Positions 10,695 to 20,353 of a stretch of DNA of 64,000 nt are shown here, piece by piece. Position 1 is the stretch's first letter. Every line of letters begins with the position of its first letter. Source of the DNA: an uncultured delta proteobacterium (GTDB taxonomy: Bacteria > Myxococcota_A > Polyangia > Fen-1088); contig CAWCMR010000011.1 in assembly GCA_963796685.1 (NCBI GenBank), positions 192,001 to 256,000 on the forward strand, read 5' to 3'. The notes beneath the pieces were generated by a model. That model worked only from the letters and a program-made list of their open reading frames with translations, was not told the origin of the DNA and did no database searches. A program made the position numbers and the translations under genes.

Positions 10695-11420
10695 TCAGGT
10701 CGACACCGTGGCTCCTGCCGAATGGTCGCGGCGCTTCTCCGATTTGCTCGTGTCCAGCTTCACCTCCGCCATGTACCCCCCCACCCAACCCAGCAGGCTG
10801 GCCAGGAAACACCTCATGCTGAGGTCTTCGGCGGGCTCGACGAGCGCACCCTGTACGCCGCCCTTTCCTGGCGAGGCCAGGAGGGCGGCTGCATCGAAGA
10901 GCCTCTCGTGCGTGAGCTTGTGCAGGATTTGTTCGTAGCACGTGCCGTAGGAACCCGATTCGGTGCGGTCTTCGAAGAGCATCACCCATCCGAGCCACGG
11001 CCTCGGTCGGGTCCTGCCGAAGGCGTCTCGCCGAAATGCCGTCCACATGTCTTCCGCCATCCCGATGGTTTCCTCGATGCGCGAGCTCGTGTCGCTGGCG
11101 AGCGGTGGCACCCGTTGCGAGGTGAATTCGATGGCGGCAACGGTCCGGCCCTGGTGCACCACCAGCATGTCCCATTCCTTGGTCGGACGGAAGAAGCCGG
11201 GGATCTCCCGGTCGGAGCGGACGTAGATGGTGGCCTCGTCAAGACCGTTTTCGCGCAGGACCCAGTCGACCAACTCGCAGAAGCCGTCCATTTGCTTGCC
11301 ACCGGTGACAGCGGAGCGGCGACCATGGTCCGTCCCGACCTTCTGTTTGCCGGACTGGGCCGCGAGCGTGCGCCAGTAGTGGGCGACGGCTTTGCGTAGG
11401 CGGTCTTCGAAGGGTGGCAT
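10695..11420 (-). CDS. PaeR7I/XhoI-family type II restriction endonuclease, degenerate
   Basis: RSAVTGGKQMDGF, PGFFRPTKEWDMLVV and RPWLGWVM family motifs; the expected E-x-K reads EFT. Confidence 0.8.
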   Translation of the reverse strand: MPPFEDRLRKAVAHYWRTLAAQSGKQKVGTDHGRRSAVTGGKQMDGFCELVDWVLRENGLDEATIYVRSDREIPGFFRPTKEWDMLVVHQGRTVAAIEFTSQRVPPLASDTSSRIEETIGMAEDMWTAFRRDAFGRTRPRPWLGWVMLFEDRTESGSYGTCYEQILHKLTHERLFDAAALLASPGKGGVQGALVEPAEDLSMRCFLASLLGWVGGYMAEVKLDTSKSEKRRDHSAGATVST

Positions 11421-11430
11421 TCTGGTCTCT

Positions 11431-11697
11431 CTACACGCTCTGCCGACGCTGCTGAACGTGCTCGGGAACCAGCAAGCCGCGCACGGAGAGGTCTTCGTCC
11501 AGCTTCGGCCAGTGGATGCCAACCCCGCGGCCGATGAGACGCCAGTCGCCAAGAACCTCCGGGCTGGCGTCGCGCAGCTTCGGGAACCACTCAAGCGGCA
11601 CACAGACGGTCCGGCCGTCCTCGAGATGGACCACGAGATCGCCATCGAGGATCTCCACGCTGAGGGCTCGAGGTTGCTCAGGTGCCGAAATACTCAC
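11431..11697 (-). CDS. DUF2442 family protein (putative antitoxin)
   Basis: LEDGRTVCVPLEWFPKL...GIHWPKLDEDLSVRGLL. Confidence 0.9.
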   Translation of the reverse strand: MSISAPEQPRALSVEILDGDLVVHLEDGRTVCVPLEWFPKLRDASPEVLGDWRLIGRGVGIHWPKLDEDLSVRGLLVPEHVQQRRQSV

Positions 11698-11914
11698 GCC
11701 ATTTCTCCCTGAAATCGATGCGGTGTTGAATCACCAACAATCTAGCACGTCCAAGCTCGCGAGTCCTCAGTCCGACCGCGTCGGCCAATTCGACCGGCTC
11801 GATCCAGAATTTCGCGTAGCCATCCCCGCGCTCAACGTGCACGTGCGGGGGCTCGGTCCCTTCATTGCTGAAGAAGAAAAAGCGGTAGCCTTCGACCATG
11901 AGCAAGGTCGGCAC
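11678..11914 (-). CDS. DUF4160 family protein (putative toxin, HicA-like)
   Basis: PTLLMVEGYRFFFFSNEGTEPPHVHV...AKFWI; overlaps the DUF2442 gene. Confidence 0.9.
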   Translation of the reverse strand: MPTLLMVEGYRFFFFSNEGTEPPHVHVERGDGYAKFWIEPVELADAVGLRTRELGRARLLVIQHRIDFREKWREYFGT

Positions 11915-12008
11915 GTCCGAAACCGTATCACAAGCAGCTATCAGAAAGTAACCAGCGCTATGCGGGATGATGGGGTCTCCCAACGCCGGCCGAAGCGCTC
12001 GTCACCAT

Positions 12009-12477
12009 CCCTCACCCTGGCCGGATTCCGGCGTCCCGGGGCGAGGGGAGCGTTACCATGCCCAGCCTGCAACCGGTGGCGTGCATCGAGGGGACGAGCG
12101 CGGCCAGGGCGTAGAAGGGCTGGAGCAAGATCGCCCACCAATGCCGGGGACCGAGGACGTACCACGGTCGAAGTGCAGTCGTGATGCTCCTTCCATGGCA
12201 TCCCCTGTCCCCTCCCTGTTACCGAGACGGCCCCTCACCCTGTCCCTCTCCCCGGCTGGCGCCGGGGCGAGGGGACCTTGTTGTTGGATCTCCCACGGGC
12301 ATGGGCTCTTCCCGCCTTGCCCGAAAGTACCGTCGGTCGGCTGGCGCCGCTGGCGCCGGGGCGAGGGGACCTTGCTGTTGGATCTATCCTCGGGCATGGG
12401 GTCTCCTCGCCTCGCCCGAACGAGCTCCCTCGCCCCGCGTAGCGCAGCGAAGCGGGGAGAGGGCTGGGGAGAGGGGG
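12009..12477. repeat. REP/BIME-like mosaic repeat cluster
   Basis: cccctcaccc...ggggcgagggga units at about 12009, 12231 and 12349 (partial), an inverted copy at 12426-12477, and a direct repeat of about 70 bp (12255-12325 vs 12349-12420). Confidence 0.75.
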
Positions 12478-12487
12478 AGCTCGCCGG

Positions 12488-13675
12488 TTACCGTTTGGTG
12501 GCGGCTGGCGGGTCGGCGTCTCGTTTGCGAATGCGCAGCGAGACGGTGCTGGGTGAGATGCTCACGACCTCGACGCCTGCCGGGGCGCTGGTGTGAACGT
12601 GGAAGATGTGGAAACCGCTGCTGCTGCCCGAGACGTCGATGTAGGCCTCCACCGCATCCGGCGCGGTCAAATCCAGCTCGCGGCTGGAGCTGCGCAACTG
12701 GACGGCGATGCTGGTGGTCCGCGGCGGGTCGAAGCGCAGGCCGTCGCTGACGCCGCGGATTTCCAAGGGCACCATGCGGCCGACCTCGTGCGAACGATCC
12801 GAGGCGATGGCGGCCCACGCGGTGACGACACCCAGAAAGATCAGCGGGTACGCGAACGCATCGAGCGCGCGACGGCGGCGTTCGGGCGCGCTGGGTTTGG
12901 TTGCTTTGTGGTTCGTGCACAGTCGCTCGATGGTGTCGCGCAGCTCGGTCTCGCCGGGCACCGGAACCAATTCGCCGTCGTAGGCGACCATGACGGTATG
13001 CCGTTCTTCACTGACACAAACGACGACGGCGTCCGTGACGCTGGCCAGGCCCAGGGCCGCGCGGTGCCGGGTGCCGTGGCGAGGGTCACCGGTCTCGGTG
13101 GCGAGCGGGAGGACGGCGCCGGCGCGCGCCAGGCGGTCGTTGACGACCAACACCGCGCCGTCATGCAGGGGGGCGGTCGAGGTGAACACGGTCTCGATGA
13201 GGGCCGACGAGAGGTGGGCGTCGATGGCGGTGCCGCCGCTGAGGTGCTCGCCGACCCAATCGTGACGTGGCAGGGCGATCAGGGCCCCCTTGCCTGCGGC
13301 GGCAAGCGCGAAGGCGGCTTCGGCGATGACCTCCGACGGACCCACCGGCAACTGCTTGCGGTGCCAGTTGCTGATCCAGCGTACCGGACTGACCCGACCG
13401 AGCCCTCGCCGGATCTCGCGCTGAAACACCACCACCAGCACCACGGTCGCCACCGCGCCGACCGCGGACAGGAGGTAGGAAGTCAAGATCAGCCCGAAGT
13501 GATTGGACACCCAGGAGCCCACGAGAAGGGTGACCATGGCGAAGGAGATCTGGACCGCGATGGTCCGGCGCATCCACGAGTAGACCCATGAGAAGATGGC
13601 GGTCAACAGCAGGATATCGGCGCAGTCCTGCCAGCGTATGCCGCGAATCAGCGTGGAGATGAATTCCCCGAACAT
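12488..13675 (-). CDS. Membrane diadenylate cyclase (CdaA/DisA_N) with C-terminal TM and YbbR-like domain
   Basis: Three N-terminal TMs, FQREIRRGL, catalytic LHDGA and GTRHRAA, VSEE; extra TM then a beta-rich domain ending ISPSTVSLRI. Confidence 0.9.
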   Translation of the reverse strand: MFGEFISTLIRGIRWQDCADILLLTAIFSWVYSWMRRTIAVQISFAMVTLLVGSWVSNHFGLILTSYLLSAVGAVATVVLVVVFQREIRRGLGRVSPVRWISNWHRKQLPVGPSEVIAEAAFALAAAGKGALIALPRHDWVGEHLSGGTAIDAHLSSALIETVFTSTAPLHDGAVLVVNDRLARAGAVLPLATETGDPRHGTRHRAALGLASVTDAVVVCVSEERHTVMVAYDGELVPVPGETELRDTIERLCTNHKATKPSAPERRRRALDAFAYPLIFLGVVTAWAAIASDRSHEVGRMVPLEIRGVSDGLRFDPPRTTSIAVQLRSSSRELDLTAPDAVEAYIDVSGSSSGFHIFHVHTSAPAGVEVVSISPSTVSLRIRKRDADPPAATKR

Positions 13676-13848
13676 CGTACGACATCGTACACACGTGCAA
13701 CATTGTCGGAAGGGTTCTTTGTAACGATCTCGTCAAGGGGTCCTCAGGCGCCCCGCGGCGTCGCCGCGCTTGCCGCGGGATCAGGGTTTCGCTTGCCCCG
13801 ATTCTGACTACCGGCTATGGCGGTGGAACTGCCCAAAGGAGAAGGAGC

Positions 13849-14667
13849 ATGATGAGTAGCGCCGTGTTGGACGTTGCCCTGGGGATGATGTTTTGTTATG
13901 GCTCGCTCGCTTTCATTGCAAGCTACCTCTACGAGAGTGGCGCCTCGCTCTGGAAATTGCGTGCCAGGTCGCTCCTCGGCGGGGTCAAGGAGCTCCTCGG
14001 GGATCCGGACTTGAACGGGTTGGCCTTGGACATCTACAAGCACGCCCAGGTCAACCCGAGGCTGGGCGGACTCGACGGCCCCTTGCGTGCGCGCACGTTG
14101 CCCTCGTACATACCGTCGCGCTCGTTCGCCATCGCTTTGATTGATACCCTTCAGGGCGTTCCCGGCAACGTCACCGCCCTGCAAAGCAGGATCGACCAGA
14201 CCGTGAAAAACGAAAGGCTCAAGCGCCTCCTCACGGACATGGTCGATCGCGCGCAAGGGGACCTGGAGAAGCTGACCGACGAGGTCGCGCGCTGGTTCGA
14301 TGCGGGCATGGACCGGGTGTCGGGCGTGTACAAGCGCTTGTCCCAGCTCTGGACCTTCCTCATCGGGGTCGCTCTGGCGGCTCTGTTCAACATCGATACC
14401 TTGCGGCTGTTCAGCGCGCTTTGGCGACGATCCGGGCTGGCCAGTCAGACGGCCTCCGTCGAGCCCGCGACGGCTGCGGAGGCGGCCCGACGACTGGCTG
14501 AGCTGCCGCTTGGTTGGGGGGACGGGTACGAGCTCACCTATCTCACGTTCTTGGGGTGGATCTTGACGGCGTCCACGGTCATCTTCGGCGCGCCCTTCTG
14601 GTTCGATCTGCTGAGGAAGCTCAGCAACATCCGCGGCGTTGGTCTCAAACCGAACGAGAAAAGGTAG
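13849..14667 (+). CDS. Conserved hypothetical membrane protein
   Basis: RBS ggag; LPSYIP, WFDAGMDRVSGVYKR and FGAPFWFDLL motifs; several TM segments. Confidence 0.8.
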   Translation: MMSSAVLDVALGMMFCYGSLAFIASYLYESGASLWKLRARSLLGGVKELLGDPDLNGLALDIYKHAQVNPRLGGLDGPLRARTLPSYIPSRSFAIALIDTLQGVPGNVTALQSRIDQTVKNERLKRLLTDMVDRAQGDLEKLTDEVARWFDAGMDRVSGVYKRLSQLWTFLIGVALAALFNIDTLRLFSALWRRSGLASQTASVEPATAAEAARRLAELPLGWGDGYELTYLTFLGWILTASTVIFGAPFWFDLLRKLSNIRGVGLKPNEKR

Positions 14668-14758
14668 GAAGTCGTGGCCGAGGGCTCGATGAGCCCTTCC
14701 ATGGGAAACGATGCCACCATCTGGAGCGTCGGAGGCGATGCCGGGTCACAATCTGAAG

Positions 14759-16987
14759 CTAATCCTCGCACCCGCGGACGGCCGCGGCGCCGGGGAGCGG
14801 ATCGGGGCAGGTTCGACACTGCATTCCGACCTTGGTGCCGGCAGGGAGTGGGGCGGCGATGATTTCAGCTGCAGTACGCAAGACATCGATCATTTGTCCA
14901 TTTCCGGGGCACTTGTCGAAGTCGCTGGTCAACTGCCAGCAGTCGGCTGCGATACTGCCGCTTGACGCGCCGGAGGGGCACTGAGGAAGACCCACCGGAT
15001 CTTCGCTATAGGTTACTTGGATTGGGCTGTTGGGATTGGGATTGACTACCGGCACGCGGTAGGTCACGCGGCAGTCAGGTTGGACGCCGGGCGTGGCGCT
15101 GTCGGTGTCGAGCAACTTGTAGGGGACGCACAGGTTCTGAAGCTTCTTGGCGACCGCGTTGCCGATGGTCTTCATCGCGTCCGTGAAGTCGGGCTCGCAG
15201 ATGCTGAGCTTGAAACCGTTGGCGCCGAATTCGTCGACGAACGCGGATTCACGCAAACCACCCGTGGCGCCCCAGCCCGCCGCCGTGGCGTCGAAACCCG
15301 TGGCAGGATCCGTGGTTGCGGGCGAGGGCAGGTGTTTGGGGTCGTAGCAGACCGGCCAGTAATCGTACACGGTGGGATGCTGGGTGTCCGCGGCGTTGGG
15401 GTTGGGAACAGGGGCGATCTTGTATTGAGCGCTGGCCATGTCCGCATCGCTGCGCGGCCAGCCGAAGATGCCGGCGACGAGAATTTGGTTGTCCGGGTCC
15501 TCCTTGAGAGACTTGATTTCATCGGCGAGCCGATGGATGTCCTTGAGCGGGCTGCAGTCGGTCGGGACCGAGGTGTCGGTGCTGGTGCCAGAGCCATCGG
15601 TCGGGTTGGGACAACTGTCGGTTCTGGCCTGGCAATCGTTGAAGGGATGGCTGAAGGATGCGGTCGTCGGATACCCCGGCGGCGGGCTGGTGAGATTCTC
15701 GCCACCACAGCTATGGGCCCGGGTGGCACAACGCAAGCTGGTCGATTCTCCGCCCAGCTCGGGCTTGTCGCCGAACATACCGTCGCTCGTGGCCGCCGAG
15801 CAGTCGTCCTCGTCAGTCAGGAAGATCAGGCCGAGGTAGGCATTGGGACGCAACATCAGCTGCTGCTGCTCATTGCCTATCGTCTTCTCGACCAGGGCAA
15901 ATTCGAAGGCCTGGAGTTGGTGCTCTTCGCCGCAGCCCAGGGTACCAACGCCGCCGGCCAAACAGGCGAAGACGGTGCTGATGTCCCCGGTGTAGCTCAC
16001 CGGCTGCCCATGGGAATACTCGAGCCACAGCGCACTGGCGCTGGTCACACCGCAACCTTGCGCGTTGATCATCTGGAACCTGCCCAGATCGCCAAAGTTG
16101 CTGATTGTCCCGTCGGACAGGGTCTTGGGACCGCAGGCGCCGCTGCTATACGCGCCCCCGGTCCCGAGATCGCCGTCGATGATCGCAACGCGCAAGTCGG
16201 GCAGGCTGCCGTCGTTGGGATCCTTGAGCGCATCGATCAGCTTCGGGAACTGGGCGTTCAGCTTGCTGACCTTTGGGGCCATGGATGGCGAGTTGTCCAC
16301 CATGGTCACGATGTCGACCAGGCGAGTAGGCGCGATGCTGATGTACATATCCGTCTGCTGGCCCACCCCCGTCACGCCGCTTACCGATGGGTCGGCGCAG
16401 GTCATGCCCGCCCCCCCTTGACAGGCAATGGGCGTCGGCAGACCTTCAGGCCCCAAGAAGTCCTTGCACATACAAAGCTTCTGGCAGCAGACGGGACCCT
16501 TCACGAAAGGAATGCCGCAGGCGAAGCCCTGCACACACCGCTGGTCGAGAGGGTTGGTCGGGTCACGCAGCTCACCGTCGCAGTCGCTGTCGTACGAGCA
16601 GCCTGCAGAGCAGGTGGCTTGTGTGGGCGGATTGGGTATCGTGGCCGCTGTCGGCTGCACCACCGGCTTGAGACAAAGGTTGCTGGGACACTCGGCGGCG
16701 CTGGCGTTGTACACAGCTTGGGATGGCGACGCGCTCACCGAAAGATCGCACGGACGTCCGATCGCATTTGCGGCCGCGATGCTAAGGGTGTCGGTGGGCG
16801 CATCGGCATGTGCGCCGGCATCACTTGCTGCGCAAGATTCCCCGGCTGCCAGACACCGGTTCGTAGCCGTGCAACAGCCGAAGTCCGCTGCGCAGGGGCA
16901 GGGCTTGCCTTCAAGAGGAACACTACCCACGCAAGCTGCAAGCAACAGCGACAGCGAAGCCCAGAGAAGAGATTTTGCATGGTTCAT
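14759..16987 (-). CDS. Cys-rich lipoprotein with CglC-like module and VWA-like domain
   Basis: RBS ggagga, lipobox LAAC, GRPCDL...ECPSNLCLKP module, MIDAS-like VDNSPSM, LTDEDDCS, many paired Cys. Confidence 0.75.
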   Translation of the reverse strand: MNHAKSLLWASLSLLLAACVGSVPLEGKPCPCAADFGCCTATNRCLAAGESCAASDAGAHADAPTDTLSIAAANAIGRPCDLSVSASPSQAVYNASAAECPSNLCLKPVVQPTAATIPNPPTQATCSAGCSYDSDCDGELRDPTNPLDQRCVQGFACGIPFVKGPVCCQKLCMCKDFLGPEGLPTPIACQGGAGMTCADPSVSGVTGVGQQTDMYISIAPTRLVDIVTMVDNSPSMAPKVSKLNAQFPKLIDALKDPNDGSLPDLRVAIIDGDLGTGGAYSSGACGPKTLSDGTISNFGDLGRFQMINAQGCGVTSASALWLEYSHGQPVSYTGDISTVFACLAGGVGTLGCGEEHQLQAFEFALVEKTIGNEQQQLMLRPNAYLGLIFLTDEDDCSAATSDGMFGDKPELGGESTSLRCATRAHSCGGENLTSPPPGYPTTASFSHPFNDCQARTDSCPNPTDGSGTSTDTSVPTDCSPLKDIHRLADEIKSLKEDPDNQILVAGIFGWPRSDADMASAQYKIAPVPNPNAADTQHPTVYDYWPVCYDPKHLPSPATTDPATGFDATAAGWGATGGLRESAFVDEFGANGFKLSICEPDFTDAMKTIGNAVAKKLQNLCVPYKLLDTDSATPGVQPDCRVTYRVPVVNPNPNSPIQVTYSEDPVGLPQCPSGASSGSIAADCWQLTSDFDKCPGNGQMIDVLRTAAEIIAAPLPAGTKVGMQCRTCPDPLPGAAAVRGCED

Positions 16988-17045
16988 GTCGAAGAGTCCT
17001 CCAGTACTGGGAACGAACCGGCCTGTGCTTTCGGACAATCATTTC

Positions 17046-18578
17046 TCAGAAATGACCCAAGAACCGAATCTCGCCCAAGCCAACTTCAATCTGCGGCGAT
17101 GGCGGATCGTCCTGTGGCTTTGTTTTGCGTCCCGTGAGAATCCAGGTCACCACACCTGCGGTAAGCGCCGCTCCCGAAACGGCAAAGACCACCGCGGCCC
17201 CCACATTGCGCGCGTGAATGCCATCGTTGAGCTGGGCCGCTCGCAGTTGGGATGAGCCCGGTGCCTCGTCGCGCAGTCGCGAGGCATCCCAGAGCAGGAG
17301 CCCACCCGCCACCGCACCCGCGGCCGCGGCGACGCCGCTGGACCACAGCACGACCTTGCGCATGGAGATGGGCCGGGCAGGAGGCGGTGGGCGTTGCACG
17401 ACCACCAGGTCTTCCGTGGCGCGATCGAAGGGCAAAGAAAAAATCAGGCTGAAGGCGTGGTGGGCCGCTCCACGCTCCGTGACACGTGGATCGGCGAATT
17501 GCGAGGCCTCGAGCGCGAGGCTCGCGTCGGAGGCCGGCACGGTCAGCTCCTTGTCGTCTTCCAGGTTCCGCACGTAAAGAAGACTTGCGCCGCCGGGGCG
17601 CACCAGGCGAACCTCCCGTCCCTTGGCGTTGTGGAAATCCAGGAACCGCACGCCTCGTTGATCCTCGATCAGGTAGTGCGCCGAGGGGAAATCTTCGCCG
17701 ATGGCAAGCGTGCGCCCGAGCCCGGGTCTGAGATCCAGCAATTGCGTCGACGCCGCCGAGGCGCGGGCGAACACGTGCGGACGAAATTTCTCGTTCACGA
17801 TGGCCTGGTTCGCGCGATCGAGAAAGGACGAGATCTCGGCGTAGGTGATGCTTCCGTCGCCGTCCAGATCGGCCGCACCGTACAAACCCGAGCGCACTTC
17901 ATGGCTGAAGATGCCGGCCTGGAAGGCTTCCCACTCGTGGCTCTCGGTGCCGGACGAGGTGGACAGCAGCAGACCGAGATTCTTTCGCCGTCCCAATTCG
18001 GACGTGACGGAGAAGCCCTGCACTTTGCGGCGCTCGCCCCCCGGACCACGTTCACCGACCAGGAGGTAGGAGTAACAAGCGTCCACGATGAGGTGGTTCT
18101 GGTCCGCGGCGATGGGGTCGAGGATCTCCCTTGCGAGTTGATCCCCCGACAGCCGTGCGTCCTCCAGGGTCAGGTACGAGCTGTCCCCGTCCACGTTGCC
18201 ATGTCCGGCGTACAGCACGTAGAGCGTGGTTTTCACCCCACGTTCATGGGCCGTCGCGATCTCCGCGGCGAGCTCCGCGACGGCCTTGACGAGTGAAGCG
18301 CGGGTAGGCGGCAAGGACTCCGCTGCGGCCTGCGGCGACAAGGCCGTGGTCTCGCGATCCAGGCGCGCCAGCAACTCGGTCCTGGCGCCGAGCGCGCGAA
18401 ACAGCTCCTGGTATCGGACAGCGTCGTCGTCGGCATAGAGCAAGGTCTTGAGATCGGCGTCCACGCTGCGATTCACACCCATGATCAGGGCGAAAACCGC
18501 GTTGCGCGGTGGTGGCTCGGCCCCCCGGACAGGCCCCACCCAAAGCAGACACAGCGCTGTCAGGAAGAAGGCTCTCAC
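17046..18578 (-). CDS. Caspase-family (peptidase C14) protein with signal peptide and C-terminal TM segments
   Basis: Catalytic dyad YAGHG and IVDACYS; LYADDDA; ADLDGDG; GTG overlaps the upstream stop. Confidence 0.88.
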   Translation of the reverse strand: MRAFFLTALCLLWVGPVRGAEPPPRNAVFALIMGVNRSVDADLKTLLYADDDAVRYQELFRALGARTELLARLDRETTALSPQAAAESLPPTRASLVKAVAELAAEIATAHERGVKTTLYVLYAGHGNVDGDSSYLTLEDARLSGDQLAREILDPIAADQNHLIVDACYSYLLVGERGPGGERRKVQGFSVTSELGRRKNLGLLLSTSSGTESHEWEAFQAGIFSHEVRSGLYGAADLDGDGSITYAEISSFLDRANQAIVNEKFRPHVFARASAASTQLLDLRPGLGRTLAIGEDFPSAHYLIEDQRGVRFLDFHNAKGREVRLVRPGGASLLYVRNLEDDKELTVPASDASLALEASQFADPRVTERGAAHHAFSLIFSLPFDRATEDLVVVQRPPPPARPISMRKVVLWSSGVAAAAGAVAGGLLLWDASRLRDEAPGSSQLRAAQLNDGIHARNVGAAVVFAVSGAALTAGVVTWILTGRKTKPQDDPPSPQIEVGLGEIRFLGHF

Positions 18579-19357
18579 GGACGCACCTCGAACACCAGGG
18601 TACGCAAGACTTCGCCGGCGGCGGTATCGGGTGTCAGAGGGCCGTGGGCGACCCTGTCCTCGACCGAGCGCACGTCGAGCGGCTTGTCCATGAACAGCGC
18701 GTATACGGTGAGCGACGGACCTTGCAAGGGCTGGCGCACGGCCTCGGGCAACTCCTTGAATCCAACTTGCCTCGTGATGGGTACGGCCGTCGGATTGTCC
18801 GCGGGATCCGTCCAGGCCGGGTGGTACCAGGCCACGTGACCGGCTCCATCGATGGCGAAGATCATGAGGAAAGACTTGCCCACTTCGTTGCGATAGGCAA
18901 AGGCCAATTCGTCCCCGGGGGAAACGATGTCCGTCGCGCGCACCGAGTCCTGTTCGCCTTTCACGCGGAAGACCGCAACCTCCGGTTTCTCCGTGCCTTC
19001 GATGGCCATTCCGCGTGCCGTGATCGCATGCCCTGGAAGCGTGGCGGGACGGGAAGAAGTGCCGACGAGCAACAAGATCACCGCTCCCACCATGGATGCG
19101 ACCCCGAGTCCCCATTGCAGGACACGGCGGTGAGGCCGCTTCGCCTCCGAGGGCAGACCGAGCGCCGCTGCCAGGCGCTCGCGCGGCGCGAGTCGCTCGG
19201 CCCCCAGCCTCTCCACAGCCAGATAGGACTCGTAGGCCGCGCGGCAGTCCGCGCACGCCGGCAGGTGGGTGCGCAAGCGTGCCTCGTCGGCCGGGGAAAG
19301 CCCCTTGCCAAAATGTCCGTCCACCAGTCTTCGCAAGTCATCGTGGCTCGTGCTCAT
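18575..19357 (-). CDS. Zinc-finger (ZAS) anti-sigma factor with TM and periplasmic domain
   Basis: HxxxCxxC motif HLPACADC, single TM, coupled to the ECF gene by ATGA overlap. Confidence 0.85.
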   Translation of the reverse strand: MSTSHDDLRRLVDGHFGKGLSPADEARLRTHLPACADCRAAYESYLAVERLGAERLAPRERLAAALGLPSEAKRPHRRVLQWGLGVASMVGAVILLLVGTSSRPATLPGHAITARGMAIEGTEKPEVAVFRVKGEQDSVRATDIVSPGDELAFAYRNEVGKSFLMIFAIDGAGHVAWYHPAWTDPADNPTAVPITRQVGFKELPEAVRQPLQGPSLTVYALFMDKPLDVRSVEDRVAHGPLTPDTAAGEVLRTLVFEVRP

Positions 19358-19920
19358 GGCCGTGTCCTCTTGCGCAGATACGCGCGCAGAAACCGCCGCA
19401 CCCGTACTTCGCGATAGGCGAGCGTAGTGCGAGGCATGCCGAGTCGCCGCGCGGCCTCGCGCTGATCGAGTCGTTCCACGAAGCGGGCCTCGAACAAAGA
19501 CCAAAGCTCCTTGGGCAGGCCATCGCGCTTGAATCGCCCTACGAAGAGGTTCAGCTCGGCTCGCTCCTCCATGCGCTGGGACATCGGGTCGACGAGCGGC
19601 GGTGTGTCGCGATCCTCCAGGTTCGTCTCCCGTCGGTGGCGCCGCCAGAAATCCACGGCCAGGTTGTGCGCGAGCGTGGCCAGCCAGGAGCGTATGGAGC
19701 CTCCCGAGAAATTCCGTCGCAGATCGCCCTTCGACAGCAGGCGAAAGTACAGGTCGTGCACGACCGTTTCGCGATCGGCCCCGCGCAGAACCCGCCCCAC
19801 CGTTGCATCCACGGTGTCATAGGTTTCGCGATACAGCAGCCCGATGAAATCGCGCTCCCCCGCGTGAAAACGCGCCAGCGCCGATTCGTCGTCTATGCTG
19901 AGAGGCGCCTTGAAAACCAT
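19354..19920 (-). CDS. ECF sigma factor
   Basis: Region 2 SIRSWLATLAHNLAVDFWRR; region 4 QREAARRLGMPRTTL; start uncertain. Confidence 0.88.
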   Translation of the reverse strand: MVFKAPLSIDDESALARFHAGERDFIGLLYRETYDTVDATVGRVLRGADRETVVHDLYFRLLSKGDLRRNFSGGSIRSWLATLAHNLAVDFWRRHRRETNLEDRDTPPLVDPMSQRMEERAELNLFVGRFKRDGLPKELWSLFEARFVERLDQREAARRLGMPRTTLAYREVRVRRFLRAYLRKRTRP

Positions 19921-20353
19921 GATGGGGAGGGAGTCGACATGGGCCACGTCAAGGTAACGAACGGGCCACACGGCTTGGACGAAGAAATCGCCTTCTTGGG
20001 GAGGAAAAGCAATCTCGTACTCCCGGCTTCCATCCTCTTGGGATAGGAGGCGGCGGCCCCGGATGGTGGGTCGTGACGAAAGACCCCGGGGCCGCCTGAA
20101 TCGGTTTGGACTATGAGCTTGGCGCCTCCTTTCTGTTGAAGGTTCGCGGGGACATGGGCTTCGGCGTCTCCTTTCGGATAGAGCCTCTTTCACGATCCGT
20201 GCCGAGGCGAATGCGCGCTTGGCCGCGTGGGTTCTCGCGGGGTTGCGAAGTCGCGCAATACCCCGTGGCACGCATCCACGGCGACGGCGTGTCAGATTGG
20301 CAGAACACGCGCCAATACCGGTCCATTCGAGACCGCGCGGTCCGTCGCTGCGG

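Noticed and set aside
12009-12477. CRISPR array
   Set aside because: Units vary in length and orientation, linkers are duplicated rather than unique, and no cas genes are present
15017-17137. 706-aa plus-strand ORF and many similar long antisense ORFs
   Set aside because: Shadow frames of real genes in high-GC DNA; no recognisable motifs
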